Below, in pieces: positions 1-13,280 of a stretch of DNA of 64,000 nucleotides. The stretch lies in NCBI GenBank assembly GCA_035545075.1, contig DASZZJ010000099.1, positions 3,881 to 67,880 on the forward strand. The letters are read 5' to 3'. The notes under the pieces were generated by a model. The model made no database searches. It had not been told where the DNA came from and saw only the letters and a list, made by a program, of their open reading frames with translations. This DNA is from Candidatus Acidiferrales bacterium (GTDB lineage Bacteria > Acidobacteriota > Terriglobia > Acidiferrales > UBA7541). Within the stretch, counting starts at the first letter, position 1. Each line of letters starts with the position of its first letter. A program made the position numbers and the translations under genes.

Positions 1-2307
<2,307 letters not shown>

Positions 2308-2351
2308 CGTCAGCCGCTAGGCAGAGTGCGAATCCATCCTGTGCGGAGTCC

Positions 2352-3878
<1,527 letters not shown>

Positions 3879-3891
3879 GCCTGCCGAGCTC

Positions 3892-4428
3892 CTAATCCGC
3901 CGCGAGGCGCGCACGCAGAGTGTTCAGACGGCTGCGCAGAGAGCCGTCATAAATCGTGGACCCGATCCGGACGACCGCCCCGCCGAGCAGGGCCGGGTCG
4001 AGAGTGTAGCTGGCCTGCACCTTTTTCCCCGAGAGGCGCTCGAGGTTTGCGGCGAGCGCGGTCCTCTGCTGGGCGCTCAGCTCGACGGCGGAAGAGATTT
4101 CCGCCCGGGCAATTCCGCGGCGCTGCTCGATGACTTCCTGAAAGGCGGCGATTACTTCCGGGAGGGCCTGCGTGCGGCGGTGGTCGGCCAGAACGAAAAG
4201 AAAGTTTCGAACGATCTTGCTCGCACCGAGCCGCGCCGTGAATTTTTCGATGACGCCGTGCTTGGCCAGGCGCGGAACCGCAGGGCTGGCCAGGAAATTC
4301 CGCAGATCGGCTGATTCCGCGTAGAGCGCGCGGAAGGCTGCAAGCTGCTCGAGGAGCGGCTCGGCGGTGTCCTGCGCCTGCGCGATGTCCGCGATGGCGT
4401 TTGCGTATTGCAGCGCCGCAGACTTCAA
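3892..4428 (-). CDS. atpH: F1F0 ATP synthase subunit delta
   Basis: YANA N-terminus, C-terminal [22 protein letters not shown]; operon position. Confidence 0.95.
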   Translation of the reverse strand: MKSAALQYANAIADIAQAQDTAEPLLEQLAAFRALYAESADLRNFLASPAVPRLAKHGVIEKFTARLGASKIVRNFLFVLADHRRTQALPEVIAAFQEVIEQRRGIARAEISSAVELSAQQRTALAANLERLSGKKVQASYTLDPALLGGAVVRIGSTIYDGSLRSRLNTLRARLAAD

Positions 4429-5012
4429 TTCGGCCTCCCAGCAAGATCCTGCACGAATGCGTTGACCAGCGCTTCCTGCACCTGGGGAGTAAGCTGCTTT
4501 GTGAGGAGCGACGCGGCGCCGTCCACGGCAAGCCGTGCGGCCAGGGCCTTCAGCTCGAAGCGCGCACCGCGCTCGGCGGCATCGATTTCGGCCTTCGCCG
4601 CGAGGGCGATTTTCTCGACTTCCATCTGTGTCGCGGCGCGGATGCGGCCGCCCTCCGCCGCGGCTTCGCGCTCAGCCGCAACGCGCAGCCCGGCGATTTC
4701 CTGCTCCATGTTTCCCAGGCGGGTCTCCGCATCCTGGAGCTGGCGGTCGGCCTCCGCTTTCGCCGCAGCCGCCTGCGTGATGGCGGCACTGATGCGCTCC
4801 GCGCGTCCGCGGAAAAAGCCCGGGCCCTTCTTCACACACAGATAGCCGATGGTGCCGGCCACAATCGCGAAGTTGATCCACTTGAAAACTTCGCCGATAC
4901 CCTGCTCGGCGGGATTCGATTCGTTCCCTTCGGCAGCGCGCGCAGGGACGGCGGCGACGAACCAGAGAACAAAAAAGGCGGGAAGAAAGATCAAGCGCCG
5001 GCTGCGTTTCAT
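4425..5012 (-). CDS. atpF: F0 subunit b
   Basis: FKWINFAIVAG transmembrane segment followed by an Ala/Glu/Arg coiled coil; overlaps neighbours in the atp operon. Confidence 0.88.
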   Translation of the reverse strand: MKRSRRLIFLPAFFVLWFVAAVPARAAEGNESNPAEQGIGEVFKWINFAIVAGTIGYLCVKKGPGFFRGRAERISAAITQAAAAKAEADRQLQDAETRLGNMEQEIAGLRVAAEREAAAEGGRIRAATQMEVEKIALAAKAEIDAAERGARFELKALAARLAVDGAASLLTKQLTPQVQEALVNAFVQDLAGRPN

Positions 5013-5482
5013 CGGGCCTCTCTCGCGGGGCCGGCCGGAGGCCGGGATTCCAGCATGCGGCGGGCAATCTGGGCGGCAAGCTGGCCGCTGGAGGCCTCGA
5101 CGTCGCGGCGAGCGGCGGCCAACTCCCCGGCGATGCGCTCCTTGGCGGCGCGCACTTCCCCGGCGGCGCGGTCGCGCGCGTCCTTCAACTGGGCCGTGCG
5201 TTCCTCGAGGAGCTTGCGGCGGGCGGCGTCCTGTTCGGCATAGACCTGCGTGCGCGCCTGCTTCAGGGCGTCCTGATACTCCCGGGTCTTTCGGGCCGCG
5301 GCCGCCTGAGCGGCTTCGGCGGCCTTCTGCGCGCCGCTGGTGCGGTCGTCGCGCTCCTGCATGACGCGCAGGAGCGGGCCGAAAAACAGCGACTTCAGAA
5401 TGAAATAGAAAAGGAAAACGATCAGGACTGTGGGCGCAGCCTGCAGGAACAGTTCGCCTAATTGGTGAACGATTTGTTGCAT
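5009..5482 (-). CDS. F0 subunit b' (second b-type subunit)
   Basis: N-terminal TM, LFFGPLLRVMQERD, coiled coil; first gene of the operon. Confidence 0.88.
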   Translation of the reverse strand: MQQIVHQLGELFLQAAPTVLIVFLFYFILKSLFFGPLLRVMQERDDRTSGAQKAAEAAQAAAARKTREYQDALKQARTQVYAEQDAARRKLLEERTAQLKDARDRAAGEVRAAKERIAGELAAARRDVEASSGQLAAQIARRMLESRPPAGPAREAR

Positions 5483-5577
5483 CTAGAATGTCGCGCCAGA
5501 TCCCGGAGCGGCGGCCGCGCTTCGCCCCGCCCGGAAGGGGCTGACAGCGGGCCTAAAGTCACCCAAATGAACTGGAA

Positions 5578-5606
5578 TTTATAGCATTCAGAGAGATTTC
5601 CGTCAA
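5578..5606 (-). promoter_or_regulatory. sigma70-type promoter of the atp operon
   Basis: Minus strand TTGACG-17 bp-TATAAA with a TG extension, about 95 nt upstream of the first atp gene. Confidence 0.65.
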
Positions 5607-5698
5607 CGAGACGCGGCGCTTTTGGAAGAGCCTACTCCTATCGTATCCTGCCCCTGGGGAGTTGAAATGTGGGGGCGAACAGCGGATGCGGAGACGGC

Positions 5699-6415
5699 CT
5701 ACTGCTTGGGTGGCGGGACGAGGTCGTAGACGTAGCGAATGGTCATCGGGAAATCGGAGCGGTCATTGCCCATTTTTAGCGTCTCGTAGAGCTGGTCACC
5801 TTCGGGGGAAAGCTCGAAGGTGCGGACGAGCTTGCCGCCGTTGGGGCCTTTCTGCTCGGAGACGAGCCGGGTACCATCCCAGCGAGCCGACGCTTCCAGG
5901 CTCCACAAGTCCTTCGATTTCTCGATTTTTCTGCCGTCGGTGTAGAAGGCCTGCTTCTGACCCAGGTCGTCAGAGAAATCCAGTTCGTTTTCTTTCTGCG
6001 CAATCGTCAGAGAGTTGGCGGGAAGAAATAGTTGGCGCATGCGCTGGCGGTTCTCGTCGCTGTCGCCGCCCTGTCTGCCGCCGCCGCGTCCGCTGTGTCT
6101 TCCCAGGCCGCCGCCGGGATAGCCACCTCCCCTGCGGCCGCCGGAAGTGCCGCCGCGGTTGTCCCTCGCCTCCTGCAACTTCTTGCGAATGTCATCGCTC
6201 TCATCGGGGTTCAGCTTCCAGGAGCCAGCGAAGTCGTGGGCCTGCCGCGGCGGGCGCTCGGCGGGTGATTGCGCCTTGGGCTGAGTGGACGGCTGGGATG
6301 GCGCACCGGGAAGCGGCCCCGGAGGCGCCTGCGCGCGAAGAGCCGCCGGAGATGCAAAGCAGGCCGCGCACAGAAACCCGGAAAGAAGCAGCATCTCGAC
6401 GTTCTTGTTCTTCAT
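5699..6415 (-). CDS. Secreted hypothetical protein, probable lipocalin/FABP-like beta-barrel with a Gly/Arg-rich insert
   Basis: Signal-peptide-like N-terminus, DFAGSWKLN (GxW), alternating beta-strand pattern. Confidence 0.6.
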   Translation of the reverse strand: MKNKNVEMLLLSGFLCAACFASPAALRAQAPPGPLPGAPSQPSTQPKAQSPAERPPRQAHDFAGSWKLNPDESDDIRKKLQEARDNRGGTSGGRRGGGYPGGGLGRHSGRGGGRQGGDSDENRQRMRQLFLPANSLTIAQKENELDFSDDLGQKQAFYTDGRKIEKSKDLWSLEASARWDGTRLVSEQKGPNGGKLVRTFELSPEGDQLYETLKMGNDRSDFPMTIRYVYDLVPPPKQ

Positions 6416-6545
6416 GGCCGCAGGAACTCTCATAGAATCATTTCCAAAGCCCGGGAGAATAGTTCCCCAGGAAAATGCGCGCTGGCCCGCGGGGCGCCCG
6501 GATCAATTATACGACGCACAGCGGGCGCGCTGCGGTTCTCTCATC

Positions 6546-7520
6546 CTAAGGAATTGGCGTGGAGAATTCGGGACCGAGGGCGGCAAGCGCGGCGCGGGCG
6601 AGCTCCTGAATGCGGCGCTGGCATTCCGCGTCGCGGACGGGAAGAGCCGCCGCTTTGCGGAACCATTCGGCGGCTTGTTCCTTGCGGCCGAGCTTGGCGT
6701 AGAGATCGCCGCGAAGAAGAGCGAAAACAGGGTTCGCGGGATGCTGCTCGGTGAGCGGCGCCACGACGGTCAGGGCGCGCTCGTAATCCTGGTCGTAGTT
6801 GCGGAGATTTTTCGCGAGATAGAATCGCGCTTCGACGCGCGAGAGCGTTCCCTGGGTCATGGCGCGCTCGAGCTGCTTGAGGCCTTCTTTTTTGCTGCCG
6901 CCAGGTATGCCCATGAAGAAGCGCAGGATCCTGGCGACGGCCGAAAGCGTGTCCACGTAGTAGTTGTAAAGACCCAGGCCGAGATCGGGATCGGCGAAGT
7001 CCGGGTCGAGCGCGCGGGCGCGCAGGAGATGCTCGCGGGCGCGGACGCCGTAACGCGCGGCGGCGCGGTTTTCGACGCGCAGAGCGTAGAGCCGAGCAAA
7101 CATGCCATCGGCCAATCCCGCATAGTAGTGCATTTCGGCGGATTCTCCCTGGCGGAGCTGCGTTTCAGCGAGGGTGACGGCTTTCTGCGCCAGATCAAAA
7201 TAGCGCTGGTCCTCGGGCCGCTTGGGGCGGCGCCAGGCGTCGGTCATGCCGAACCTGAATTCGAGCGAGGAGCAATAGATCTTCCACCAGAGCGCTTCGG
7301 CTTCGAGAAAGAAGCCGAGGGGATGATCGGGCTGGGCTTGCTGGATCATTCGGAAGTATTCGATGGCCGCGCCGGGGTCTCCGGCGTAGAGCTTTTCGAG
7401 GCCGGCAGCGGCCTCGGGCGGCAAGTCGCGGCCCGCACTCGCGACGGCAGCGGCGCAAAGGAAAAAGCAGAAGGCAAGCAGTCGAGCAGCGAATCTTCGA
7501 GAGAGGATAGAACCGGGCAT
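6546..7520 (-). CDS. Secreted tetratricopeptide-repeat protein
   Basis: Signal peptide; TPR-like helices (AIEYFRMIQQAQPDHP, ALLRGDLYAKLGRKEQAAEWFRKA). Confidence 0.75.
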   Translation of the reverse strand: MPGSILSRRFAARLLAFCFFLCAAAVASAGRDLPPEAAAGLEKLYAGDPGAAIEYFRMIQQAQPDHPLGFFLEAEALWWKIYCSSLEFRFGMTDAWRRPKRPEDQRYFDLAQKAVTLAETQLRQGESAEMHYYAGLADGMFARLYALRVENRAAARYGVRAREHLLRARALDPDFADPDLGLGLYNYYVDTLSAVARILRFFMGIPGGSKKEGLKQLERAMTQGTLSRVEARFYLAKNLRNYDQDYERALTVVAPLTEQHPANPVFALLRGDLYAKLGRKEQAAEWFRKAAALPVRDAECQRRIQELARAALAALGPEFSTPIP

Positions 7521-7670
7521 AAGCCGCTCACCAGCCGGGGAGCCGTATGCCGCAATCCCCGGACTGCGCCAGTTTAAGCCGTCAGGGCGAGAATGAAAAC
7601 GGCAACGGTTCTGGGGGGCCATTTGTTATGCTCCCTGCTTCTGCGAACGCGGTGCGGAGCCCCGCAAGCG

Positions 7671-9074
7671 ATGGCGATAAAGCCCGAATCACAAAGCTCA
7701 GAGAGCCGGCCGCCAGACCGCGAGCAAGCCGGGCTGGAGCGCGGCCTGGGCCTGCGCGAAGCCGTCGCGCTGAACATGACCGACATGGTGGGGATCGGGC
7801 CGTTCGTGGTCAGCGCGCTGGTGATCCGCGAGATGGGCGGGCCACAAGCGCTGCTTGCGTGGGTGGCGGGGGCCGTGCTGGCGTTGCTGGACGGCTTTGT
7901 TTGGTCGGAGCTGGGGGCGGCGATGCCGCGCGCGGGCGGCAGTTACGTTTTTCTGCGCGAGGCGTATGGGCCGCAGCGCTGGGGCCGGCTGATGTCATTT
8001 CTGTTTGTGTGGCAGACGTTGATCCAGGCGCCGCTGGTGATTGCGAGCGGCGCAATCGGCTTCTCCCAGTATGCGACGTACCTGCATCCGCTCTCCGGGT
8101 GGGAACAGAAGGCTGTCTCCGGCGCGGTGGTGATTCTCCTTGTTGTGCTGCTCTACCGGCGGATTACGACGATTGGGAAGATCTCCGTGTTTCTTTGGGT
8201 CGGGGTGATCGGCACGATGCTCTGGCTGATCGTGGGCGGCGCAACGCATTTCGACGCGCGCCGCGCATTCACGTTTCCCCCGGGCGCCTTCCGGCTTTCG
8301 AGCGTGTTCTTCGCGGGTCTGGGCGCGGCAATGATCAATACGGTTTACACCTACTGGGGCTACTACAACATCTGTCATCTGGGCGGAGAACTGAAACAGC
8401 CGGAGCGGAACATCCCGCGGGGAATTTTCATTTCGATTGCGGGAATCGCAGTGCTCTACCTGGCGATGCAGACCAGTATTTTGGGCGTGGTGCCGTGGCA
8501 GAAGGCGCAAGAGTCGCCGTTTCTGGTGAGCACGTTTGTGGAAACGCTCTATGGAGGGCGGGCAGCAAGCGTGGCGACGATTCTGGTCCTGTGGATTGCG
8601 TTTGCGTCGGTGTTTTCGGCGTTGCTGGGCTATTCGCGCGTGCCCTATTCGGCGGCGCTCGACGGGAACTTTTTCCCGGTCTTCGCGCGCCTGCATCCGA
8701 AGAAACACTTTCCGCACCGCTCATTGCTGCTCCTGGGCGCGCTGGCATTCGGGTTCAGCCTGCTCTTCAAGCTGGAGACGACCATCAAGGCGATTCTGGC
8801 GATGCGGCTGCTCGTGCAATTCGTCGGGCAGGCCGTCGGAGTGATGCTCCTGCGGCGGCGAGGGGGCGCGCAGCGGCTGCCGTTTCGGATGTGGCTGTTT
8901 CCGCTGCCGGCGGTGCTGACGATGCTGGGCTGGGCATGGTTGTACTGGGAGACGGGACCGGCGCGGAAATGGAGCCTGGGAGTGATCGGGCTGGGCGTTG
9001 TGGTGTTTTTGCTGCGCGGCCGGGTGATGAGAGAATGGCCGTTTGCCGGGAAGAAGGGATTGGAGGCCGCGTGA
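7671..9074 (+). CDS. APC-family amino acid permease
   Basis: LERGLGL..MVGIGPF, ELGAAMPRAGGSYVFLREAYG, GGELKQPERNIPR; about 12 TM segments. Confidence 0.92.
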   Translation: MAIKPESQSSESRPPDREQAGLERGLGLREAVALNMTDMVGIGPFVVSALVIREMGGPQALLAWVAGAVLALLDGFVWSELGAAMPRAGGSYVFLREAYGPQRWGRLMSFLFVWQTLIQAPLVIASGAIGFSQYATYLHPLSGWEQKAVSGAVVILLVVLLYRRITTIGKISVFLWVGVIGTMLWLIVGGATHFDARRAFTFPPGAFRLSSVFFAGLGAAMINTVYTYWGYYNICHLGGELKQPERNIPRGIFISIAGIAVLYLAMQTSILGVVPWQKAQESPFLVSTFVETLYGGRAASVATILVLWIAFASVFSALLGYSRVPYSAALDGNFFPVFARLHPKKHFPHRSLLLLGALAFGFSLLFKLETTIKAILAMRLLVQFVGQAVGVMLLRRRGGAQRLPFRMWLFPLPAVLTMLGWAWLYWETGPARKWSLGVIGLGVVVFLLRGRVMREWPFAGKKGLEAA

Positions 9075-11653
9075 GCCGTCTGCACAGGGGGATCGCATGG
9101 CGAATCGTTGCGGGCGCCGCCTCGCTGCTTCTCTGGGGGCGGCCAGCAGCGGCGCAGTTCCCGCCGGCGCCGGGGACGGGCCCCGGATTGGCGGAGACGA
9201 TTGAAGCGATCGACAGCGCCCGGGTGACGACTCGAATCCTCTTCATTACGGCGCACCCCGACGACGAACCGGCGGCCGTGCTGACCTACCTGGCACGCGG
9301 GCTGCACGCGGAGGTCGCGCTGCTGACCATCACGCGCGGCGAAGGCGGTCAGAATGCGCTGGGGCCGGAGCAGGCGCCGCAGCTCGGATTGATCCGCACG
9401 GAGGAGTTGCTCGCGGCGACGCGCGGCTACGGCGTGAACCTTTACTTCACGCGCGCGCCGGATTTCGGCTATTCGAAAACGCCGGAAGAAACGATGAAGG
9501 TCTGGGGCGATCAGGTGCTCGAAGACATAGTGCGAGTGATTCGCACGTTCCGCCCGCACGTGGTGATCAACGGCTGGGGCGGGGTGCACGGCGGACACGG
9601 GCATCACCAGGCGTCGGGCTTGCTGACGTCAAAGGCGGTGCAGCTTGCCGCGGACCCTTCCTACAAGCTGACGGCCGGGCTTGTAACCGGCTCGGGCACG
9701 ATCGATGAGCGACCGGCGGGGAGTTTCGCGCCGAGTTTGACTCTGATCCTGGAGCGCGGCTCGGAGAAATCGAAGGGGTACATTCTGCCGCTCGATGAAA
9801 TTTCTCCGTTCTATGGCAAGAGCTGGCGGGAAATCGGCCTGGATGTATTTGTCAACCACCGCACGCAGGGCATCGCGGGTTTTCTCGGCTCGGCGTTTCT
9901 CCGGCGGCCCATTGCAGTGATTCCGGAAAAAGGCGGATCGTTCGACCCGGCTGTGCTTGCGAAGCCGCTCCTTGCAGAGGGGCAGATTTGCCGAGCCTTT
10001 TCCGACGCGGACGGAGCGCTCCTCGCCGGGCGCGAGGCCCTACTGCGCGGAGATTCCGTTTCCGCGGTGAGATTCCTGGCTGACGCGGCAAACAGCGCGG
10101 CGCAATGGCTGGACAAGTGCCCCACGCACCCTGCGGGGACTGCGTCGAACCCAGAGCTTCTTGCGGACATGCGCCGTATACGCCAGCGGATGGAGAAAGC
10201 GCTCGCTCTGGCCGCGGGGATACAAGTGACCGCCGAGGCGGATCGAAGCGAATTGGTCGCCGGCGAAATTTTCAGCGTCCGAGAGCAGGCTCGGTGCCGG
10301 CCGGAAGCGAAGTGCGCGTTCGGTACCTTGCGGCTGGAGTTTCGGGGGAACTTCCAGGAAGTGAAACGCCAAGGCGACCCGCAGAACGGGATGGACCTGG
10401 GCGTTGCCGTCGGCGGGAACTCTTCGTCCGCTCTGCCAGGTCAGGATTTGCGGCGGTCCGCCACCGCGCAGGAATCCGCGGGACTTGCGGCGTGGGATTC
10501 TTTACAGCCGGAACCCCCCGCCCTCATCCTGGCGGAGCAGACCGTGACCGTGGCCGACCACACGTTCACCGTTAGGCAGCCAGTGACGCACATCGCCGCG
10601 ACGTCCACGCGCATCGATCGCGTGCCGCTCCGGACCGTTCCGGCGTACACGCTTGCGGTGGAACCAAAGCAGACCGTCGAAGTGCTGGGGAATGCGCGCA
10701 AGCCGTTCAACGTGTTCGTGCGGGTGCACTCTTATGCGACGCAGGCGTCAAAAGCGAGCGTGGGCCTGGATGTGCCTGCCGGATGGATGGCGGGCGAGGC
10801 GCAGGGAGTCGAATTCAGCGGACAGGGTGACCAGTATCTGCGTTTCACGGTGACGCGGCCGCAGGGACTTGCGGCGGGCAGCTACACGCTTTCCGCGTAT
10901 GCGAAGCGCGGCGAGGAGAAATTCACGACGTCGCTCGAGCCGCTGGCGTCACTGCCGACACAGCTCTGGAGCGAACAGGCGGAGTGCCGCGTGCGGGCCT
11001 TCGACATCCAAGTGCCGGAAAACCTGCGGGTTGGGTACGTCACGGCGGAAGGCGAGCCCATTCCCGAAGCGCTGGGGCGGCTGGGAATCCACGTGGAGAT
11101 GCTCGACGCAGCGGCGCTGGCGTTCGGCGACCTCTCGAAATTCGATGCCATCGTGGTCGGCGTGCGCGCTTACGAATTGCGGCCGGACCTGGCGCCGGCG
11201 AACGCGCGGCTGCTGCACTACGCTGAACAGGGCGGCACGCTCGTCGTGCAGTACAACCGCGACTTCATCTGGGACCGGTTGCAGCCGGCGCCTTATCCGG
11301 CGAAAATCGGGAATCCGACGCCGCGGATCACCGACGAGAATTCCCCCGTGCGTTTCCTGAAGCCGGCCGATGCGCTGCTGAACGCGCCGAACAAGATCAC
11401 CCAGGAGGACTTCCAGGGCTGGGTGCAGGAGCGGGGGCTCTATTACTGGAGCCAGTTCGACGCGAAGTATACCGCGGTGCTGGCGATGAACGACCCGGGC
11501 GAGGCGGAGCTGACGGGCGGGCTCGTGTACACGCGATATGGGAAGGGCGTTTACATCTACACCGGGCTGGCCTTTTTCCGGCAGTTGCCCGAGGGCGTGC
11601 CCGGAGCGTATCGGCTCTTTGTGAACCTGCTGAGCGCATCCCGCGCGCACTGA
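9071..11653 (+). CDS. Secreted PIG-L family deacetylase with Ig-like (NEW3-like) and C-terminal class I glutamine-amidotransferase-like domains
   Basis: GTG start overlapping the permease stop; AHPDDE, TRGEGGQN, GHGHHQ; C-terminal GKGVYIYTGLAFFRQLPEGVPGAYRLFVNLL. Confidence 0.88.
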   Translation: MSRLHRGIAWRIVAGAASLLLWGRPAAAQFPPAPGTGPGLAETIEAIDSARVTTRILFITAHPDDEPAAVLTYLARGLHAEVALLTITRGEGGQNALGPEQAPQLGLIRTEELLAATRGYGVNLYFTRAPDFGYSKTPEETMKVWGDQVLEDIVRVIRTFRPHVVINGWGGVHGGHGHHQASGLLTSKAVQLAADPSYKLTAGLVTGSGTIDERPAGSFAPSLTLILERGSEKSKGYILPLDEISPFYGKSWREIGLDVFVNHRTQGIAGFLGSAFLRRPIAVIPEKGGSFDPAVLAKPLLAEGQICRAFSDADGALLAGREALLRGDSVSAVRFLADAANSAAQWLDKCPTHPAGTASNPELLADMRRIRQRMEKALALAAGIQVTAEADRSELVAGEIFSVREQARCRPEAKCAFGTLRLEFRGNFQEVKRQGDPQNGMDLGVAVGGNSSSALPGQDLRRSATAQESAGLAAWDSLQPEPPALILAEQTVTVADHTFTVRQPVTHIAATSTRIDRVPLRTVPAYTLAVEPKQTVEVLGNARKPFNVFVRVHSYATQASKASVGLDVPAGWMAGEAQGVEFSGQGDQYLRFTVTRPQGLAAGSYTLSAYAKRGEEKFTTSLEPLASLPTQLWSEQAECRVRAFDIQVPENLRVGYVTAEGEPIPEALGRLGIHVEMLDAAALAFGDLSKFDAIVVGVRAYELRPDLAPANARLLHYAEQGGTLVVQYNRDFIWDRLQPAPYPAKIGNPTPRITDENSPVRFLKPADALLNAPNKITQEDFQGWVQERGLYYWSQFDAKYTAVLAMNDPGEAELTGGLVYTRYGKGVYIYTGLAFFRQLPEGVPGAYRLFVNLLSASRAH

Positions 11654-11715
11654 CGTATCATTCTAGTGCCGCGCCCGAGCTCGACACCGGGGCAGCGGCC
11701 GGGGGGATATTTCCG

Positions 11716-12312
11716 ATGCGTGGAACCAATGGGATGCTGCGCCTGCGCACGCTCTTCTTGATTTTTCTCTGCGGTTGCATTTTGCTCGGGGGCGCCACGC
11801 CCGCCGCGGCGCAAAAAGACAAGAAAAAGAAAAAAGTCACGACCCCGGCAGAAACTACTCTCACCCCGCCCGCGCTTCCCGACGAACAGCAAATTGACAT
11901 TGCGATATCCGAGATGCTGGGAGCGTGGCAGCTCGGCGACGCGGAACGCCTGCATAAGGCGTATGCCGATGACGTGTCGGTGGTGAGCGGGGCGTGGCAG
12001 GCGCCGTTGATCGGCTGGGCGAACTTCTTCACGCAATACCAGAAACAGCGGGCGCGGGTGCAACAGGTTCGCATGGACCGCGAAAACACCTACGTGCGCG
12101 TGACCGGAAACTTCGCGTGGGCTTGCTACCAGTGGGAATTCTCGGGAGTGGTGGACGGGCAGCAGACCGGGGCGCGCGGGCAAACCTCACTGATCTTTGA
12201 AAAGCGCAACGGCATCTGGGTGATCGTGCACAACCACACTTCGCTGATCCAGTCGGTCTCTCAGCCCGTACAGGCTCCGCCCGCCGCTGTGACGCCGCCG
12301 CCAAAACCGTAG
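11716..12312 (+). CDS. Secreted NTF2/SnoaL-like domain protein
   Basis: Signal peptide; AWQLGDAERLHKAYADD..GW, FEKRNGIWVIVHNHTS typical of the NTF2-like fold. Confidence 0.8.
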   Translation: MRGTNGMLRLRTLFLIFLCGCILLGGATPAAAQKDKKKKKVTTPAETTLTPPALPDEQQIDIAISEMLGAWQLGDAERLHKAYADDVSVVSGAWQAPLIGWANFFTQYQKQRARVQQVRMDRENTYVRVTGNFAWACYQWEFSGVVDGQQTGARGQTSLIFEKRNGIWVIVHNHTSLIQSVSQPVQAPPAAVTPPPKP

Positions 12313-12359
12313 CTTCGGCCGGTGAGCCGGGTGCGGAGGGGACGCGGCGCGCTAGGGCA

Positions 12360-12644
12360 TCAGAAATTCTTCAGCCCCTCATACAACCACAATCCAGCAA
12401 TGACAAGGATCAACATGCCGGAAACGATCCCTGTGACCATGAGCGGCCGGGAAAGAGCGTTGATCTTGGCCACCAGCGCGCGCTGCTCGACAGCCATGTG
12501 CTCTTCCGCAGCGTCGAGAAAGATCTGGTCGTCTTCCCTGTTTGTCAGGAGGCTGCGCCAAATCAGGATGACAATGAAGACGGCGGTAATCAACCCCCAG
12601 GCAATCAACAGATAGATGAGATAAGGCGGATGAAGGGATTCCAT
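12360..12644 (-). CDS. Small two-TM membrane protein
   Basis: GGAGG RBS; two hydrophobic segments separated by EDDQIFLD. Confidence 0.75.
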   Translation of the reverse strand: MESLHPPYLIYLLIAWGLITAVFIVILIWRSLLTNREDDQIFLDAAEEHMAVEQRALVAKINALSRPLMVTGIVSGMLILVIAGLWLYEGLKNF

Positions 12645-12986
12645 AGCAACCTCCCTTGGTAACCGGTCCGAGGCAATTCAGCGAGAGGAGCGGGCGGGTT
12701 ACCCGCCCTCGGCCGGGAGTATAGCACTATCGGCTCCGGAGGGTATCTGCCCCTCGCTTGGGCCGGGTCTGCTCCAAACCCGGCAGTTGGTCCCTGGCGA
12801 AAGCGCACGAACTCTTCTCTCGGATGCCCACCAGTACCGTTCCAACTTGATGCGCCTATGTATTCGTCGAAACAAACCGCCATCGCCCTGATAGGACGGT
12901 TGGTGCGGTTAAGCTCCAAAAAGTTGGAACGGCACCAGCCCGGGAAGCCGCGAAGACAGTGGGTTTCTAGAAGCTGTTCCATCGCG

Positions 12987-13016
12987 TTGACAAAGCGAGG
13001 GAGCGGCGGGCAGAAT
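12987..13016 (+). promoter_or_regulatory. Probable promoter of tRNA-Leu
   Basis: TTGACA-18 bp-CAGAAT upstream of the tRNA. Confidence 0.5.
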
Positions 13017-13044
13017 GGAATCACTCTAGATTGACCGCACTTAT

Positions 13045-13131
13045 GCCCGAGTGGCGGAATTGGCAGACGCGCCAGCTTCAGGAGCTGGTTCTCGCAAGGG
13101 AGTGGAGGTTCGAGTCCTCTCTCGGGCACCA
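13045..13131 (+). tRNA. tRNA-Leu(CAG)
   Basis: Acceptor GCCCGAG/CTCGGGC + ACCA, D-loop GGAATTGGCAGAC, anticodon arm CCAGC-TTCAGGA-GCTGG, long variable arm, T-loop GGTTCGAGTCC. Confidence 0.97.
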
Positions 13132-13169
13132 TCGTTCCGGGTGGAGTAACCACAAAGGCGTGGAGTTTC

Positions 13170-13249
13170 CCTTCGGCAGGCTCACTTCGAAGCTCCCAGC
13201 GAAGCTCAGTGTGAACAGGGCAAGCCCTTCGGCAAGCCTTCGGGCGAGC
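13170..13249. repeat. REP-like palindromic cluster (CCTTCGGCA.. units)
   Basis: Three CCTTCGG units plus AAGCTC repeats between the tRNA and the convergent nucleotidase gene. Confidence 0.55.
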
Positions 13250-13280
13250 AAGTCCTCTCTCAAGGAAGAAGTGATTTGCC

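Noticed and set aside
7547-9070. 1368-aa version of the PIG-L ORF
   Set aside because: The first ~500 codons overlap the permease in another frame and are low-complexity; the real start is the GTG at 9071.
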